Positions 23,758-34,461 of a stretch of 64,000 bases of DNA are shown here, in pieces. The DNA lies in contig CAWDRM010000018.1 in assembly GCA_963804705.1 (NCBI GenBank), positions 343,675 through 407,674 of the forward strand. Reading direction: 5' to 3'. The notes below the pieces were generated by a model. That model was not told the origin of the DNA and searched no databases. It was given only the letters and a program-made list of their open reading frames with translations. Each line of letters opens with the position of its first letter. The first letter of the stretch is position 1. This stretch comes from an uncultured Alphaproteobacteria bacterium. GTDB taxonomy: Bacteria; Pseudomonadota; Alphaproteobacteria; Rhizobiales; Methyloligellaceae. The translations under genes were made by a program, and so were the position numbers.

Positions 23758-25059
23758 CTAAAAATTGTCCCGTATCCACTCACTGACGCGCGCCAGATAA
23801 CCGGTACCCGTGCCGAGAAAGCGCTGCTCGGCACGGCCTGAAAGCCTGTCCTCGCCGCCTGCCCATTGCAGCAAGAGGCCGATGGCGCCGGCGAAATCAG
23901 GGGTCGCGCCGCCTTCCGGCAAGCCGGCAAGCGCGCGTGGGCGTCCGAGGCGCACCGGGCGCCCGAACATATTGCCGGCAAGCTCGGTGAGCCCGGTGAG
24001 CTGGCTGCCGCCGCCCGTCAGCACGACGTGTTGGGCGGCCTCCGAGGCATGACTGCAAGCCGCAAGCCGCCGCCGCATCAGGTCGAGAATCTCCTCGACG
24101 CGCGGGCGGATGATGATGGCGAGCTGGGCCTTGGTGATCTGGTTCATGCTGCCACGTTGCTCGCCGACGGTCGGGAAGGTGATGATCTGCCGCTCGTCGG
24201 AGGACGTGGCAAAGGCGCCGCCATGCAGCGATTTGAGGCGCTCGGCATGTTCGAGCGGCGCGGCAAGCGCGCGGGCGATGTCGGTGGTGATGCCGTTGCC
24301 GCCAAGGGCGATGGCGTCGTTATGGATGAAATGGCCGTCGGCGAACACCGAGAGCGTGGTAGTGCCGGCGCCGAAATCGATGCAGGCCACGCCGAGCTTG
24401 GCCTCGTCCGGAGTGATCACGGCCAGCGCGCTCGCATAGGGCGCGGCGACGAGACCGGTGACCTCCAAATGGCAGCGCTCCACGCACAGCATCAAATTGC
24501 GCATCGCCACTTCGTCGGCGGTGACAGTATGGATGTCGATGCCGAGCCGGTCGCCGCACATGCCGAGCGGATCGCGAATGCCGGCGTTGTCGTCGAGCCG
24601 ATAGCCGGTGGGCAAAGCGTGCAGCACGGTGCGCTTGTCGCGTCCGGCGTATTGGCGCCCGCCGGCGAGAACGCGCAAGATGTCGTCCTCGCGCACCGCG
24701 CCCGAGGGCAGCGCCACGCTCGCCGAAAAGCTGTCGCTCTTCAGCCTGCCGCAGGTGACGGCGACATGGGCGCTCTCGACGATGACGCCGGCCATGCGCT
24801 CGGCGGCGTCGACGGCGGAGCGGATGCAATGCTCGGCGCGATCGAGATGGGTGACCATGCCGCCTTTGAGGCCTTCGGCGCGGTGATGGCCGAAGCCCAG
24901 CACCTCGAACTGGACCTGCTCGCCGGCGATCTCAAGCCATTCCGGAGCGGACGAGGCCTTGGCGATCAGGCAGCAGATCTTGCTCGTGCCGACGTCGAGC
25001 GCGGTCACGATGCGCTGGCGCTTGCTACGATTGAGACCTGTCCCCCGCATTCCCCTCAT
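23758..25059 (-). CDS. ftsA: cell division protein FtsA
   Basis: Actin-like ATPase (..[14 protein letters not shown].., ..[13 protein letters not shown].., ..[13 protein letters not shown]..). Position between ftsQ and ftsZ. Confidence 0.95.
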   Translation of the reverse strand: MRGMRGTGLNRSKRQRIVTALDVGTSKICCLIAKASSAPEWLEIAGEQVQFEVLGFGHHRAEGLKGGMVTHLDRAEHCIRSAVDAAERMAGVIVESAHVAVTCGRLKSDSFSASVALPSGAVREDDILRVLAGGRQYAGRDKRTVLHALPTGYRLDDNAGIRDPLGMCGDRLGIDIHTVTADEVAMRNLMLCVERCHLEVTGLVAAPYASALAVITPDEAKLGVACIDFGAGTTTLSVFADGHFIHNDAIALGGNGITTDIARALAAPLEHAERLKSLHGGAFATSSDERQIITFPTVGEQRGSMNQITKAQLAIIIRPRVEEILDLMRRRLAACSHASEAAQHVVLTGGGSQLTGLTELAGNMFGRPVRLGRPRALAGLPEGGATPDFAGAIGLLLQWAGGEDRLSGRAEQRFLGTGTGYLARVSEWIRDNF

Positions 25060-25065
25060 CCCCGC

Positions 25066-26043
25066 TCAAATATTGCCCTTGGTGCTCGCCGTCGGCACCT
25101 CCGCCGCGCCCGGCCCGCTTGGCGGTGACGTCGCCGCACCGCCATCACGTAAGCGCACGCTCACTCGGTCGGCGAGGCGCAGATCGACGGCGGCAATATT
25201 CCGGCCGAGCAGGCCGCGATCCCGGTCAAGCCCGATCAGGGTCTTGAGCGCGTCAGGCACGCCGTCGTCCGGCAGCATGATGTCCACACCTGAAGCAAGC
25301 TTCAGGGTCCAGCGCCGGTCGCCCACCCGCACGGCGGCGGTGAGCTGCTGGGTCACAGCGTCGAATGGCTGAAGCGTCTCGAACAGGCCGGCGGCGTTCT
25401 TGCCGGCGCCCTCACCCACGACCAGAGGAAGGTCGGCATAGGCCTCGCGCACGGCCGGCGCAATCACCGCGCCCTCGGCGTCGACCACATAGGTCTGGCC
25501 ATGAGACTGCCACACGGCAAAGGCGACGCGCTCCTCGATGACCACCTGGAGCGTCGACGGCAGGAGCCGCATCACTTGGGCGTGCTTGACCCAGGGCACC
25601 TGCTCGAGCCGCGCCTTGGCGGCATCGGTATCGAAATCGAGCATCATGGTGCCGGGGCCCGCGGCAAGCGCCGTTGCGAGCTCGGCGTCGGTGATATGCT
25701 GCTGGCCTTCCACGGTAATCTGTTTCACGCCGAAGCCCGCGACGACGGCGAGCGCCACGACGGCGCCCTTGGCCTCGCCATAGAGTAGCTCGCTCTCGCC
25801 GCTGACCCAGAGGCCGTAGCCCGCGGCGCTAACGATGGAGGCAAAGACAATGACTCGCCATGCGCCGCTGCCGCGGTCGAGCGCCGCCCCGCCAGGCATC
25901 CGCTTCGGGCTATAATTGGCGCGGCCAAGCCCCGGCAGCGTGAGACCGCCAAAGGCATGGGACGGCACGGCGATGCCGCGCGCGAGCAGCCCGCTGCTCG
26001 ATCCCCTTGCTTTGCCTCGCCCTTTGGGGCCTAGCGATTGCAC
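25066..26043 (-). CDS. ftsQ: cell division protein FtsQ
   Basis: Single TM segment followed by POTRA/FtsQ domains (..[36 protein letters not shown]..). Synteny ddl-ftsQ-ftsA. Confidence 0.85.
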   Translation of the reverse strand: MQSLGPKGRGKARGSSSGLLARGIAVPSHAFGGLTLPGLGRANYSPKRMPGGAALDRGSGAWRVIVFASIVSAAGYGLWVSGESELLYGEAKGAVVALAVVAGFGVKQITVEGQQHITDAELATALAAGPGTMMLDFDTDAAKARLEQVPWVKHAQVMRLLPSTLQVVIEERVAFAVWQSHGQTYVVDAEGAVIAPAVREAYADLPLVVGEGAGKNAAGLFETLQPFDAVTQQLTAAVRVGDRRWTLKLASGVDIMLPDDGVPDALKTLIGLDRDRGLLGRNIAAVDLRLADRVSVRLRDGGAATSPPSGPGAAEVPTASTKGNI

Positions 26044-26966
26044 GACGCATCCTCCACAATCCAGCGCACCAGCTCGCCAAACGAGCGGCCGCTGTAAGCC
26101 GCAAGCTCGGGCACGAGCGACGTCGACGTCATTCCGGGTTGGGTATTGACCTCAAGACAGATCATCTCCCCCGTACCGTTTGGTCGGTCGTCGAATCGGA
26201 AGTCGGCGCGACTGACCCCACGGCAGCCCAGTGCCTTATGAGCCGCTAAGGACAGCTTCTGTACCAATTGGTAAACATTTGGTAAAAGCGGCGCCGGCAG
26301 GACGTGTATCGAGCCCCCTGGGGCGTATTTCGACGTGTAGTCGTAGAAGGTCAGTCCCTCGGCCGGGCGGATCTCAATCACGCCCAGCGCCTCCTCCCCC
26401 ATGACGGCGCAAGTGAGCTCGCGGCCGGGGATATAGCGCTCCACCATAACCTCCTCGCCGAGGCTCCAATCGGCGGCGTGGAGCTCCTGCGGAGGGTAGC
26501 GCTGGTCCTCGCGCACGATGAAAACCCCGACGCTCGACCCTTCGGCGACCGGCTTGATGACGTAAGGGGGCGGCATGGCATGCGCGCGGGCCGCTTGGGC
26601 CCGGGTGAGCACCACCGCCTCGGCCACGGGAATGCCGGCGGCGCGCATGACCGTCTTGGCCTGCTCCTTGTGCATGGCGAGCGCCGAAGCGAGCACGCCG
26701 GAATGGGTATAGGGAATGCCAAGCGTCTCCAGCACGCCCTGGATGCAGCCATCCTCGCCGAAGCGGCCATGCAGCGCGTTGAAGCAGATGTCGGGGCGGA
26801 GCTCGGTCAGCCTGGTCGCCACGTCGCGGGCGACGTCGAGGCGGGTCGCGCGATAGCCTTGGGCCTCGAGCGCCGCGGCACAGGCCTCGCCCGAGCGCAG
26901 CGACACTTCCCGTTCCGACGACCATCCGCCCATCAGCACGGCGACTTGGGTTTGTGTGTTGTTCAT
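26031..26966 (-). CDS. ddl: D-alanine--D-alanine ligase
   Basis: [26 protein letters not shown].. ATP-grasp ligase. ATG 26966 is chosen because the upstream 17 codons of ORF 26031..27017 run into a repeat element. Confidence 0.9.
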   Translation of the reverse strand: MNNTQTQVAVLMGGWSSEREVSLRSGEACAAALEAQGYRATRLDVARDVATRLTELRPDICFNALHGRFGEDGCIQGVLETLGIPYTHSGVLASALAMHKEQAKTVMRAAGIPVAEAVVLTRAQAARAHAMPPPYVIKPVAEGSSVGVFIVREDQRYPPQELHAADWSLGEEVMVERYIPGRELTCAVMGEEALGVIEIRPAEGLTFYDYTSKYAPGGSIHVLPAPLLPNVYQLVQKLSLAAHKALGCRGVSRADFRFDDRPNGTGEMICLEVNTQPGMTSTSLVPELAAYSGRSFGELVRWIVEDASCNR

Positions 26967-27000
26967 GCGTCTTCCCCTGCTTGGAGCCGTGGCGGCCTCA

Positions 27001-27088
27001 TCCTTCGAAACGGGCATTCGGCCCTCCTCAGGGTGAGGTGTAGCCCCTCATGCTGAGGAGCGCACGCAGTGCGCGTCTCGAAGCACGA
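27001..27088. repeat. dispersed palindromic repeat (REP/MITE-like), copy 1, between murB and ddl
   Basis: Two inverted arms: 27001-27038 (reverse form) and 27046-27088 (CCTCATGCTGAGGAGCGCACGCAGTGCGCGTCTCGAAGCACGA). The same arm recurs at 49838, 51218 and 52941. Confidence 0.7.
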
Positions 27089-27097
27089 GACCCGAGG

Positions 27098-28048
27098 TCA
27101 TCGAGGCACGCCGAGGCGCTTGATCTCCCATTCGAGCTCGACGCCGCTCGAAGCCTTCACCCGCGCGCGCACCGTCTCGCCGAGCTCTTCCAGATCAGCG
27201 GCCGTCGCCTTGCCCTCATTGATGAGGAAATTGCAGTGCATCTGCGAGACATGCGCGTCGCCGACGCTCAAGCCACGGCAGCCGGCGGCGTCGATCAGCT
27301 GCCACGCCTTGTTCCCGGGCGGGTTTTTGAAGGTCGAGCCGCCGGTGCGGCTCTTGATCGGCTGCGCCTGCTCACGATAGGCGGCGATGTCGTCCATCTC
27401 GGCCAGGATGCGGTCCGGCTCACCCGGCTCGCCCTGGAACAGGGCTTCAGTAAAGACGAGGTCCTCGGGCGCGCCGCAATGGCGATAGGCGTAGTGCAGT
27501 TCGGCCACGGGCAGCACATGCACGCGGCCTTGGCGGTCGACGGCGCGGGCCTCGACCACGACCTCCTTGGTCTCGCGGCCATGGGCGCCGCCATTCATCC
27601 TGAGCGCGCCGCCGACGCAGCCCGGTATGCCGCGATAAAAGGAGAGACCGGCGATGCCGGCATCCGCCGCGGCGCGGGCGACCTTCACGTCCGGCACGGC
27701 GGCGCCGGCGCGGAGCCGCGAGCCAGCTTCGACCTTGATGTCGCCGAAGCCCTTGCCCAAGCGAAGCACCACCCCGCCAATGCCGCCGTCGCGCACAAGC
27801 AGATTGGAGCCGAGGCCGATGATGGTGACGGGGATCGTGGGCGGTGTATTCGTCATGAAATAAGCGAGGTCCGCCTCATCCGCCGGGCTGTAGAGCACTT
27901 CGGCAGGACCGCCGACGCGAAACCAGGTGAGGTCGGCGAGGCTCACCTGCGGCATCAGCCGCCCGCGTAACGCCGGCAGGCCGCGGCCAAGCTCGCCGAG
28001 GCCGGTGAGAGGCGCAGCCTTTTCGCTGCTCGCGCGGACGTCGCTCAT
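27098..28048 (-). CDS. murB: UDP-N-acetylenolpyruvoylglucosamine reductase
   Basis: 316 aa with FAD-binding PCMH domain (..[23 protein letters not shown]..) and MurB C-terminal domain. 4-nt overlap with murC. Confidence 0.9.
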   Translation of the reverse strand: MSDVRASSEKAAPLTGLGELGRGLPALRGRLMPQVSLADLTWFRVGGPAEVLYSPADEADLAYFMTNTPPTIPVTIIGLGSNLLVRDGGIGGVVLRLGKGFGDIKVEAGSRLRAGAAVPDVKVARAAADAGIAGLSFYRGIPGCVGGALRMNGGAHGRETKEVVVEARAVDRQGRVHVLPVAELHYAYRHCGAPEDLVFTEALFQGEPGEPDRILAEMDDIAAYREQAQPIKSRTGGSTFKNPPGNKAWQLIDAAGCRGLSVGDAHVSQMHCNFLINEGKATAADLEELGETVRARVKASSGVELEWEIKRLGVPR

Positions 28049-29475
28049 TGGCGTCCCTCATGCTCGGCAAGGCGCTTGGGCAGCGCGTTGATCCACTCGG
28101 TGATGGTGCCGGCGCCGAGGCCGACCACGAGATCGCCGGATTTCGCCACCGAGGCAATGGTCTCGACGAGCCCCTGCTCGTCGTCGACGGTCAGCACGTG
28201 CGGGTGACCGTGCCGGCGCAAACCAGCGGCGAGCTCATCGCGATCGATGCCGGGGATCGGGACTTCGCCAGCCGAATAGACCGGTGTCACGACGACGATA
28301 TCGGCGTCGTCGAGACAGGCCCAGAACTCGTTGAACAGACTTTGCAGCCGCGTGTAGCGGTGCGGTTGAATCACCGCGAGAATACGGCCCTTGCCGGCGA
28401 TGCGCGCCGCCCGCAACACGGCAGCGATCTCGACGGGATGGTGCGCATAATCGTCATAGACGGCGACGCCCCCCCAGTCGCCTGCGCGTGAGAAGCGACG
28501 CTTGACGCCGGAAAATGACGCTAAAGCGGAGCGGATCACCTCATCGTTAACTCCGGCCTCGACCGCTGCGGCAAGCGCGGCGAGTGCATTCAGCGCGTTG
28601 TAATGGCCGAGCACGGGAAGCGTGAGGTCTTCGAGCTTGCGCGACCCGCCCTTGACCGCGACGCCGAGACGGGCATCGAAGGTGATCTTGTTGTGATCGG
28701 GACGCAAATTTAACAGCCTGATATCGGCATCACGCGCCACACCGTAGGTGATGGTCCGGCGCCCGTTGGCGGCGCCGCCGAGCTTCGCGAGCAGCTCGCG
28801 CACCACGGGATGATCGATGCAGGCGACGGCAAGCCCGTAGAACGGGATCGCCTCGATGAATTGGCGGAAGGCAAGATGCAGCGCCTCGACCGACGGCCAA
28901 TAGTCCATATGCTCGGGGTCGATATTGGTAACGACGCCGATCTGGGTCGGCAGCTTCAGGAAGGTACCGTCGGACTCGTCGGCCTCGACCACCATCCAGT
29001 CGCCCTTGCCGATCCGCGCATTGCTGCCCCAGTCATTAATGATGCCCCCGGTGATGACGGTCGGATCGAGATCGGCCGCCTTGAAGATGTCGGCGATGAG
29101 CGAAGTGGTGGTCGTCTTGCCGTGGGTGCCAGTGATGGAGACGGTGGCGCAAGGGCGCATCAGCTCGGCCAGCATCTCGGCGCGGCGGATGATCGGGATG
29201 CCGCGCTCCTTTGCCGCTTCGAACTCCGGATTGCCCTCCTTCACCGCGCTCGAGATGACGAGATAGGCGGCGCCGTCGATATTCGCCGGATCGTGGCCGA
29301 TCACGCAGCGAATGTCTTGCGCGCGCAGGCGCTCGAGATTGGCGCTGTCCTTGAGGTCGCTGCCCTGCACATGATAGCCGCGGGTATGCATGACCTCGGC
29401 GATGGCACTCATGCCGATGCCGCCGATGCCGACGATGTGCACGAGGCCGCTCTTGCCCGGGTCTGGCATGTGCAT
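28045..29475 (-). CDS. murC: UDP-N-acetylmuramate--L-alanine ligase
   Basis: ..[30 protein letters not shown].. Mur ligase. Start at ATG 29475 or 29469, just downstream of the murG stop at 29483. Confidence 0.9.
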   Translation of the reverse strand: MHMPDPGKSGLVHIVGIGGIGMSAIAEVMHTRGYHVQGSDLKDSANLERLRAQDIRCVIGHDPANIDGAAYLVISSAVKEGNPEFEAAKERGIPIIRRAEMLAELMRPCATVSITGTHGKTTTTSLIADIFKAADLDPTVITGGIINDWGSNARIGKGDWMVVEADESDGTFLKLPTQIGVVTNIDPEHMDYWPSVEALHLAFRQFIEAIPFYGLAVACIDHPVVRELLAKLGGAANGRRTITYGVARDADIRLLNLRPDHNKITFDARLGVAVKGGSRKLEDLTLPVLGHYNALNALAALAAAVEAGVNDEVIRSALASFSGVKRRFSRAGDWGGVAVYDDYAHHPVEIAAVLRAARIAGKGRILAVIQPHRYTRLQSLFNEFWACLDDADIVVVTPVYSAGEVPIPGIDRDELAAGLRRHGHPHVLTVDDEQGLVETIASVAKSGDLVVGLGAGTITEWINALPKRLAEHEGRQ

Positions 29476-29482
29476 GAGGCGC

Positions 29483-30586
29483 CTACTCCTTCGGCGCGGC
29501 GAGCTCGTCAACCAGATCGGCGAGCCTCGCCACCGCATCGATGACGCCCATGGCGTGTGCCTTTCGGGCGGCGTCCGTCAAACGCTCAGGCGACGACAAC
29601 AGCGCCTCAAGCAACTCCGCCAGGCGCTCAGGCGTCAACTCCGACTGGCGCACGCACCAGCCGCCGCCCGCCTGTTCCAGCCGTGTTGCATTTTCGAGCT
29701 GATCATTGTCAAGGGCGTGCGGCAGCGGCACGAGGAGGCCAGGCCTTCCGATCGCGGTCAGCTCCGCCACGGTCGAGGCGCCGGCCCGGGCGATGACGAG
29801 CTGGGCCGTGGCGATCCGCTCCGGCAGATCGCGGAAGAAGGGCGCAAGATGCGCGGCGATGCCTGCGCGGGCACAGGCCAAACGCAGCCCTTCGAGATCC
29901 TCCTCGCGAGCCTGCTGCACCAAAGTGAGGCGCCAGCGGATTTCCGACGGCAAGAGCGACAAGGCCGGGGGCACGACTTCCGAGAAGAAGCGGGCACCCT
30001 GGCTGCCGCCGAAGACGAGCAGCAGCAGCCGGGAGTCAGCGTAGGGAGGCGCGTAAGGAACGTCGCGAAATTTGTGCACCGAATCGCGCACCGGAATGCC
30101 GGTCAGCCTCGCTTTGGCTTCGGCTGCTGGCTCGAGCAGCTTGGTCGGCATGAAGGAGAGCGCGATCTTGTCGACGTAGCGCGACAGAAGCCGGTTCGCC
30201 CGGCCCATCACGGCGTTCTGCTCGTGAATGGCAGTAGGAATGCGCAAGGTGCTAGCGGCGATGATAGGCGGCAGCGTGGGGTATCCGCCGAAGCCGATCA
30301 CAGCCTTAGGCCGGACCCGCAAGAGCAAGGAAAACGCGTGGGCGAAGCCGAGGCCGAGCCGGCTGAACGTTCCGGCCACGGCGAGGGGGGAGCGGCTCGT
30401 CAGCGTAGCCGAGGGGATGCGGTGAATTTTGCGCGCGGGAAAGTCGCCGCCATATTTCTCGGCGCGCAGGTCCGTCGCCAAATCCACGATGTAGCCGCGG
30501 CGCTGAAGCTCCTGGGCGAGAGCCGCCGCCGGGAAGAGATGACCGGCGGTGCCGCCAGCGGCGAGCAGGATGGAGAGCGACCTCAT
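29483..30586 (-). CDS. murG: UDP-GlcNAc:lipid I GlcNAc transferase
   Basis: MRSLSILLAAGGTAGHLFPAAALAQEL.. GT28 family. dcw synteny. Confidence 0.9.
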   Translation of the reverse strand: MRSLSILLAAGGTAGHLFPAAALAQELQRRGYIVDLATDLRAEKYGGDFPARKIHRIPSATLTSRSPLAVAGTFSRLGLGFAHAFSLLLRVRPKAVIGFGGYPTLPPIIAASTLRIPTAIHEQNAVMGRANRLLSRYVDKIALSFMPTKLLEPAAEAKARLTGIPVRDSVHKFRDVPYAPPYADSRLLLLVFGGSQGARFFSEVVPPALSLLPSEIRWRLTLVQQAREEDLEGLRLACARAGIAAHLAPFFRDLPERIATAQLVIARAGASTVAELTAIGRPGLLVPLPHALDNDQLENATRLEQAGGGWCVRQSELTPERLAELLEALLSSPERLTDAARKAHAMGVIDAVARLADLVDELAAPKE

Positions 30587-31824
30587 GCTGTCTGCTCCGA
30601 GGCATTCTTGCCTGCCCTTGTGCCGGCGCCCTCCTCACCGGTCGCGCCCCCCTCGCTCACCTCGTTGGCCTCACCAGGCTTGCCGGCCTGGCTCGTTCGA
30701 CTCCGCGGCAGGCGTCCGGCCTTCGGTCTTCGCCGCGTCAGCCCAAGCGCAAGGCCCATGGTCAGCGCCATGGCGAGCAGTGACGAGCCGCCATAGGAGA
30801 TGAACGGCAGCGTCATGCCTTTGGCCGGGAGCAGCCCGACATTGACCGCCATGTTGATCAAGGCCTGCAAGCCGAACAGCATGATGAGACCGGCGACCGC
30901 GTGGCGGATGAAGCCATCGGATTCCTGAGACGCCTTGGACAGCCCGCGCAGCACGATGAAGGCGAACAGAGCGAGCAAAATAAGGCAGGCGATCAGACCA
31001 TATTCCTCGGCCGCCACGGCGAAGATGAAGTCGGTATGGGAATCGGGGAGCACGTCCTTGACGGTGCCCTCGCCGGGCCCCCGGCCGAACCAGCCGCCAT
31101 GCAGGAAGGATTCAAATGCGCGGTCCGCCTGATAGGTGTCGCCGGAGGTGGGATTGAGAAAGCGGTCGATGCGCGAGGCGACATGCGGCACGAGAAAATA
31201 GGCGGTCACGACTCCCCCAAGGCCGGCGACGCCGAGCGCTCCGATCCACAGGAGATTGATCCCGGCCATGAAGAAAAGCGCGACCCAGACGATGCTGACC
31301 AGCAGCGTCTGACCGAAATCGGGCTGGAGCACGAGGAGCAGCACGAAGACCCCGTACAGCACGATCGCAAGCTCGAGGCCGGGCACGTCGGAGCGCTTCT
31401 GGCTCTCGTTGAACAGCCAGGCGGTGAGCACGACGAAGGCCGGCTTGACGAATTCGGAGGGCTGGATCGAGAAGAAGCCGAATTGCAGCCAGCGCTTGGC
31501 GCCCTTGATCTCCGGACCGACCAGCATGGTCGCGGCCATCAGCGCGATGCCGACCACGAAGATGATGAGGCAGGCGCGGCGGATCTGCTTCGGGGTCAGC
31601 GTCGACGCCGCGAACATGATGGCCACCGCTGGCACCAGCATCGCCGCCTGCCGGCGCACGAAATAGAAAGGCTCGAGATTGAATTTGGCGGCGATGGGCG
31701 GACTCGCGGCGAGCGACAGCACGACGCCCAGGCCCATCAGCAAGAGCAGGCCGAAAAACATCAGCCGGTCGACGGTGAACCACCAGTCGGAGAGCACGCT
31801 ACGGTCGGCGCGGGTGATCCTCAT
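30583..31824 (-). CDS. ftsW: SEDS-family peptidoglycan polymerase FtsW
   Basis: 413-aa multi-TM SEDS protein (..QPSEFVKPAF..DFIFAVAAEEYG..PFISYGGSS..). dcw synteny. Confidence 0.9.
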   Translation of the reverse strand: MRITRADRSVLSDWWFTVDRLMFFGLLLLMGLGVVLSLAASPPIAAKFNLEPFYFVRRQAAMLVPAVAIMFAASTLTPKQIRRACLIIFVVGIALMAATMLVGPEIKGAKRWLQFGFFSIQPSEFVKPAFVVLTAWLFNESQKRSDVPGLELAIVLYGVFVLLLVLQPDFGQTLLVSIVWVALFFMAGINLLWIGALGVAGLGGVVTAYFLVPHVASRIDRFLNPTSGDTYQADRAFESFLHGGWFGRGPGEGTVKDVLPDSHTDFIFAVAAEEYGLIACLILLALFAFIVLRGLSKASQESDGFIRHAVAGLIMLFGLQALINMAVNVGLLPAKGMTLPFISYGGSSLLAMALTMGLALGLTRRRPKAGRLPRSRTSQAGKPGEANEVSEGGATGEEGAGTRAGKNASEQTA

Positions 31825-33239
31825 GCCGCCCTGCCCTCATCCGGCCGCACCGACTCAGCGCCGTCGAGGCGCATGACGATGTCGCGGAAGCTTTTCCCGC
31901 GCGCCTCGAAATTGGCGAACTGATCGTAGGACGCGCAAGCCGGCGACAGCAACACCACCGGCTCCTTGGCTCCCGACCGGCCGGCGTCGGCGGCGGCTTG
32001 CTCAATCGCCCGATCAAGCGTCCCACATTGCACATGGTCGACCTCGGTGCCGAGCTGCGCGGCGAATTCGTCCGCCGCCTCGCCGATCAGATAGGCGCGG
32101 GCGACCTTCGGGAAGTAGGGCTTGAGCCCGGCAAGACCGCCGGTCTTCGATCTGCCTCCCGCGATCCAATAGATGTTAGTGAAGCTCGCCAGCGCCTTGC
32201 CGGCGGCGTCGGCATTGGTCGCCTTCGAGTCGTTGACGAACAGCACGGGCCCGCGCCGCGCCACTTGCTCCATGCGATGGGCGAGACCGGCAAAGCTTGC
32301 GAGACCCTTGGCGATGCCCGCGGTGTCGAGGCCTTGCGAGCGGGCGAGCGCATAGGCGAAAGCGGCGTTCTGCCAATTATGCGCGCCGCGCAGCGAGCTG
32401 ATACCGGCGAGGCTCACACGTCCGCGCTCTATCCCCTGCTCGACCTCGATCAAGACCCCCTCGTCCACCCATACGCCGGTCTCGACCGGGTGCCCGACGG
32501 CGATGTGCTTGATGGCGAAGGGCCCGCGAAGCGCATCGGCGATGGCGCGGGTCTCGGCGTCATCCACACCGATCACGCCGGTGCCGCTCGCGGGCAGGCC
32601 TTCGAACACGCGGCCCTTGATGGCGGCATAGTTCTCAAGCGTCCCGTGGCGGTCGAGGTGGTCCGGGGTGATATTGAGCAGCGCCGCGGCATCGGCGCGA
32701 AGCGTCGGCGTGAGATCAATCTGGAAGGTCGACAGCTCGAGCACATAAATGAGATCGTCGGCGAAGGGCGGCAGATCGAGCACCGCCCTGCCGATATTGC
32801 CGCCAAGCGCCACTTTACGCCCGGCAGCCTCCAGCAGATGGGCGGTCAAGGCCGTGGTCGTGGACTTGCCGTTAGTGCCCGTGATCGCGATCACCTTGGC
32901 GCGCGCGCCTTGGCTCGCATGCTCACGGCAGAAGAGCTCGGTGTCGCCGATCACCTCGACCCCCGCTTCGCGCGCTTTGGCGACCGTCCAATGCGGGGCC
33001 GGATGCGTCAAGGGAACGCCGGGCGCGAGCACGAGCACCCCGATCTTGCTCCAATCGGAGGAGGCGAGATCGTGCAGCGTCAGGCCTTGCGCCGCGGCCT
33101 CATCGCGCGCCGCCTCGGTGTCGTCCCAGGCGAGCACGTGCGCCCCGCCCAGGCCAAGCGCGCGCGAAGCGGCGATGCCGCTCATGCCAAGACCAAAAAC
33201 CGCGACGTCGCGGCCGGCGAAGATCGTGACGGGAATCAT
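31821..33239 (-). CDS. murD: UDP-N-acetylmuramoylalanine--D-glutamate ligase
   Basis: 472-aa Mur ligase (..ITGTNGKSTTTAL..). dcw synteny. Confidence 0.9.
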   Translation of the reverse strand: MIPVTIFAGRDVAVFGLGMSGIAASRALGLGGAHVLAWDDTEAARDEAAAQGLTLHDLASSDWSKIGVLVLAPGVPLTHPAPHWTVAKAREAGVEVIGDTELFCREHASQGARAKVIAITGTNGKSTTTALTAHLLEAAGRKVALGGNIGRAVLDLPPFADDLIYVLELSTFQIDLTPTLRADAAALLNITPDHLDRHGTLENYAAIKGRVFEGLPASGTGVIGVDDAETRAIADALRGPFAIKHIAVGHPVETGVWVDEGVLIEVEQGIERGRVSLAGISSLRGAHNWQNAAFAYALARSQGLDTAGIAKGLASFAGLAHRMEQVARRGPVLFVNDSKATNADAAGKALASFTNIYWIAGGRSKTGGLAGLKPYFPKVARAYLIGEAADEFAAQLGTEVDHVQCGTLDRAIEQAAADAGRSGAKEPVVLLSPACASYDQFANFEARGKSFRDIVMRLDGAESVRPDEGRAA

Positions 33240-33251
33240 GCTCGGTCGAAT

Positions 33252-34337
33252 CTAGCGCAATTTGAGCGTAGCGAGGCCGACAAGCGCGAGAACCACGGCA
33301 ATGATCCAGAAGCGCACCACCACCGTGGATTCGGCCCATCCCTTCTGTTCATAATGATGATGCAGCGGGGCCATGCGGAAGACGCGCTTGCCGGTGAGCC
33401 GGAACGAGGCGACCTGCACGATCACCGAAACCGCCTCCAGCACGAACAGTCCGCCGACGATGGCGAGCACAAGCTCATGCTTGGTGGCGACGGCGATGGT
33501 GCCGAGCGCGCCGCCAAGGGCAAGCGAACCCGTATCGCCCATGAAGATCTGGGCCGGCGGCGCATTGAACCAGAGGAAGCCGAGCCCTGCGCCGACCAGC
33601 GCCCCGCATACCACGGCGAGCTCGCCGGTCCCTTGCACAAAATGAATCTGCAGATATTCGGCGAACAGCGCGTTGCCGACAAAATAGGCGATGAAGCCGA
33701 AGGTGGAGGCGGCGATCATCACCGGCACGATGGCAAGCCCGTCCAGCCCATCGGTGAGGTTCACGGCGTTGCCGGCGCCGACAATGATGAAGGCGCCAAA
33801 GGGCACGAACAGCCAGCCGAGCGGGATCAGCACATTCTTGAAGAACGGGATGGCGAGCGCGGTCGAGAGCGGCGCCTCGCCGACGGAGGCGATGGCCCAG
33901 GTAGCCACCAGCGCGACCACGGCCTCGATGACGATCTTGATGCGTCCCCGGAATCCGGCCGCCGATTGCCTGGTCACCTTGAGGTAGTCGTCATAGAGGC
34001 CGACGGCGCCGTAGACGAGCGTGATGAGCAGGACTACCCAGACATAGGGATTGCGCAGATTGCCCCAGAGCAGCGTGGCGAAGGTGAAGCCCGAAAGGAT
34101 CATCAGGCCGCCCATGGTCGGCGTGCCCTGCTTCTGGATGAGGTGACGCTCGGGCCCGTCGGTGCGGATCGGCTGGCCCCTGCCCTGGCGTACGCGCAGC
34201 GACCTGATGATCTGCGGGCCGAACAAGAATACGAATAAGAGCGCCGTGATCAGGGCGCCGCCCGTGCGGAAGGTGATGTAGCGGAAGATATTGAAGGCGC
34301 TGAGTTCGCCCGCGAGCTCGGTCAACCAGTAGAGCAT
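33252..34337 (-). CDS. mraY: phospho-N-acetylmuramoyl-pentapeptide transferase
   Basis: 361 aa, [26 protein letters not shown].., ..GTPTMGG.., ..[13 protein letters not shown].. MraY motifs. Confidence 0.95.
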   Translation of the reverse strand: MLYWLTELAGELSAFNIFRYITFRTGGALITALLFVFLFGPQIIRSLRVRQGRGQPIRTDGPERHLIQKQGTPTMGGLMILSGFTFATLLWGNLRNPYVWVVLLITLVYGAVGLYDDYLKVTRQSAAGFRGRIKIVIEAVVALVATWAIASVGEAPLSTALAIPFFKNVLIPLGWLFVPFGAFIIVGAGNAVNLTDGLDGLAIVPVMIAASTFGFIAYFVGNALFAEYLQIHFVQGTGELAVVCGALVGAGLGFLWFNAPPAQIFMGDTGSLALGGALGTIAVATKHELVLAIVGGLFVLEAVSVIVQVASFRLTGKRVFRMAPLHHHYEQKGWAESTVVVRFWIIAVVLALVGLATLKLR

Positions 34338-34461
34338 GGTCGTCCCCCTTCCGGCTCGTTTAGTGCGAAAGCGCCTCGGAGGGAATCGCGATTTCGCCCC
34401 GACCCCTTGTTTTGGCGTAGGAATTTATCGGGAAAGCCTACGAATCCTGAGGAATCAGGCT

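Noticed and set aside
31998-34238. 746-aa plus-strand ORF, the longest unexplained ORF in the track
   Set aside because: It lies antisense to murD and mraY, which have clear family motifs. Its composition (Arg/Gly/Asp/His/Glu runs) is shadow-ORF-like.
34338-34461. 124-nt gap between murF and mraY as a possible regulatory RNA or repeat
   Set aside because: Only short 5-6-bp hairpins are present and there is no similarity to the repeat family. It is probably just an internal promoter/SD region.
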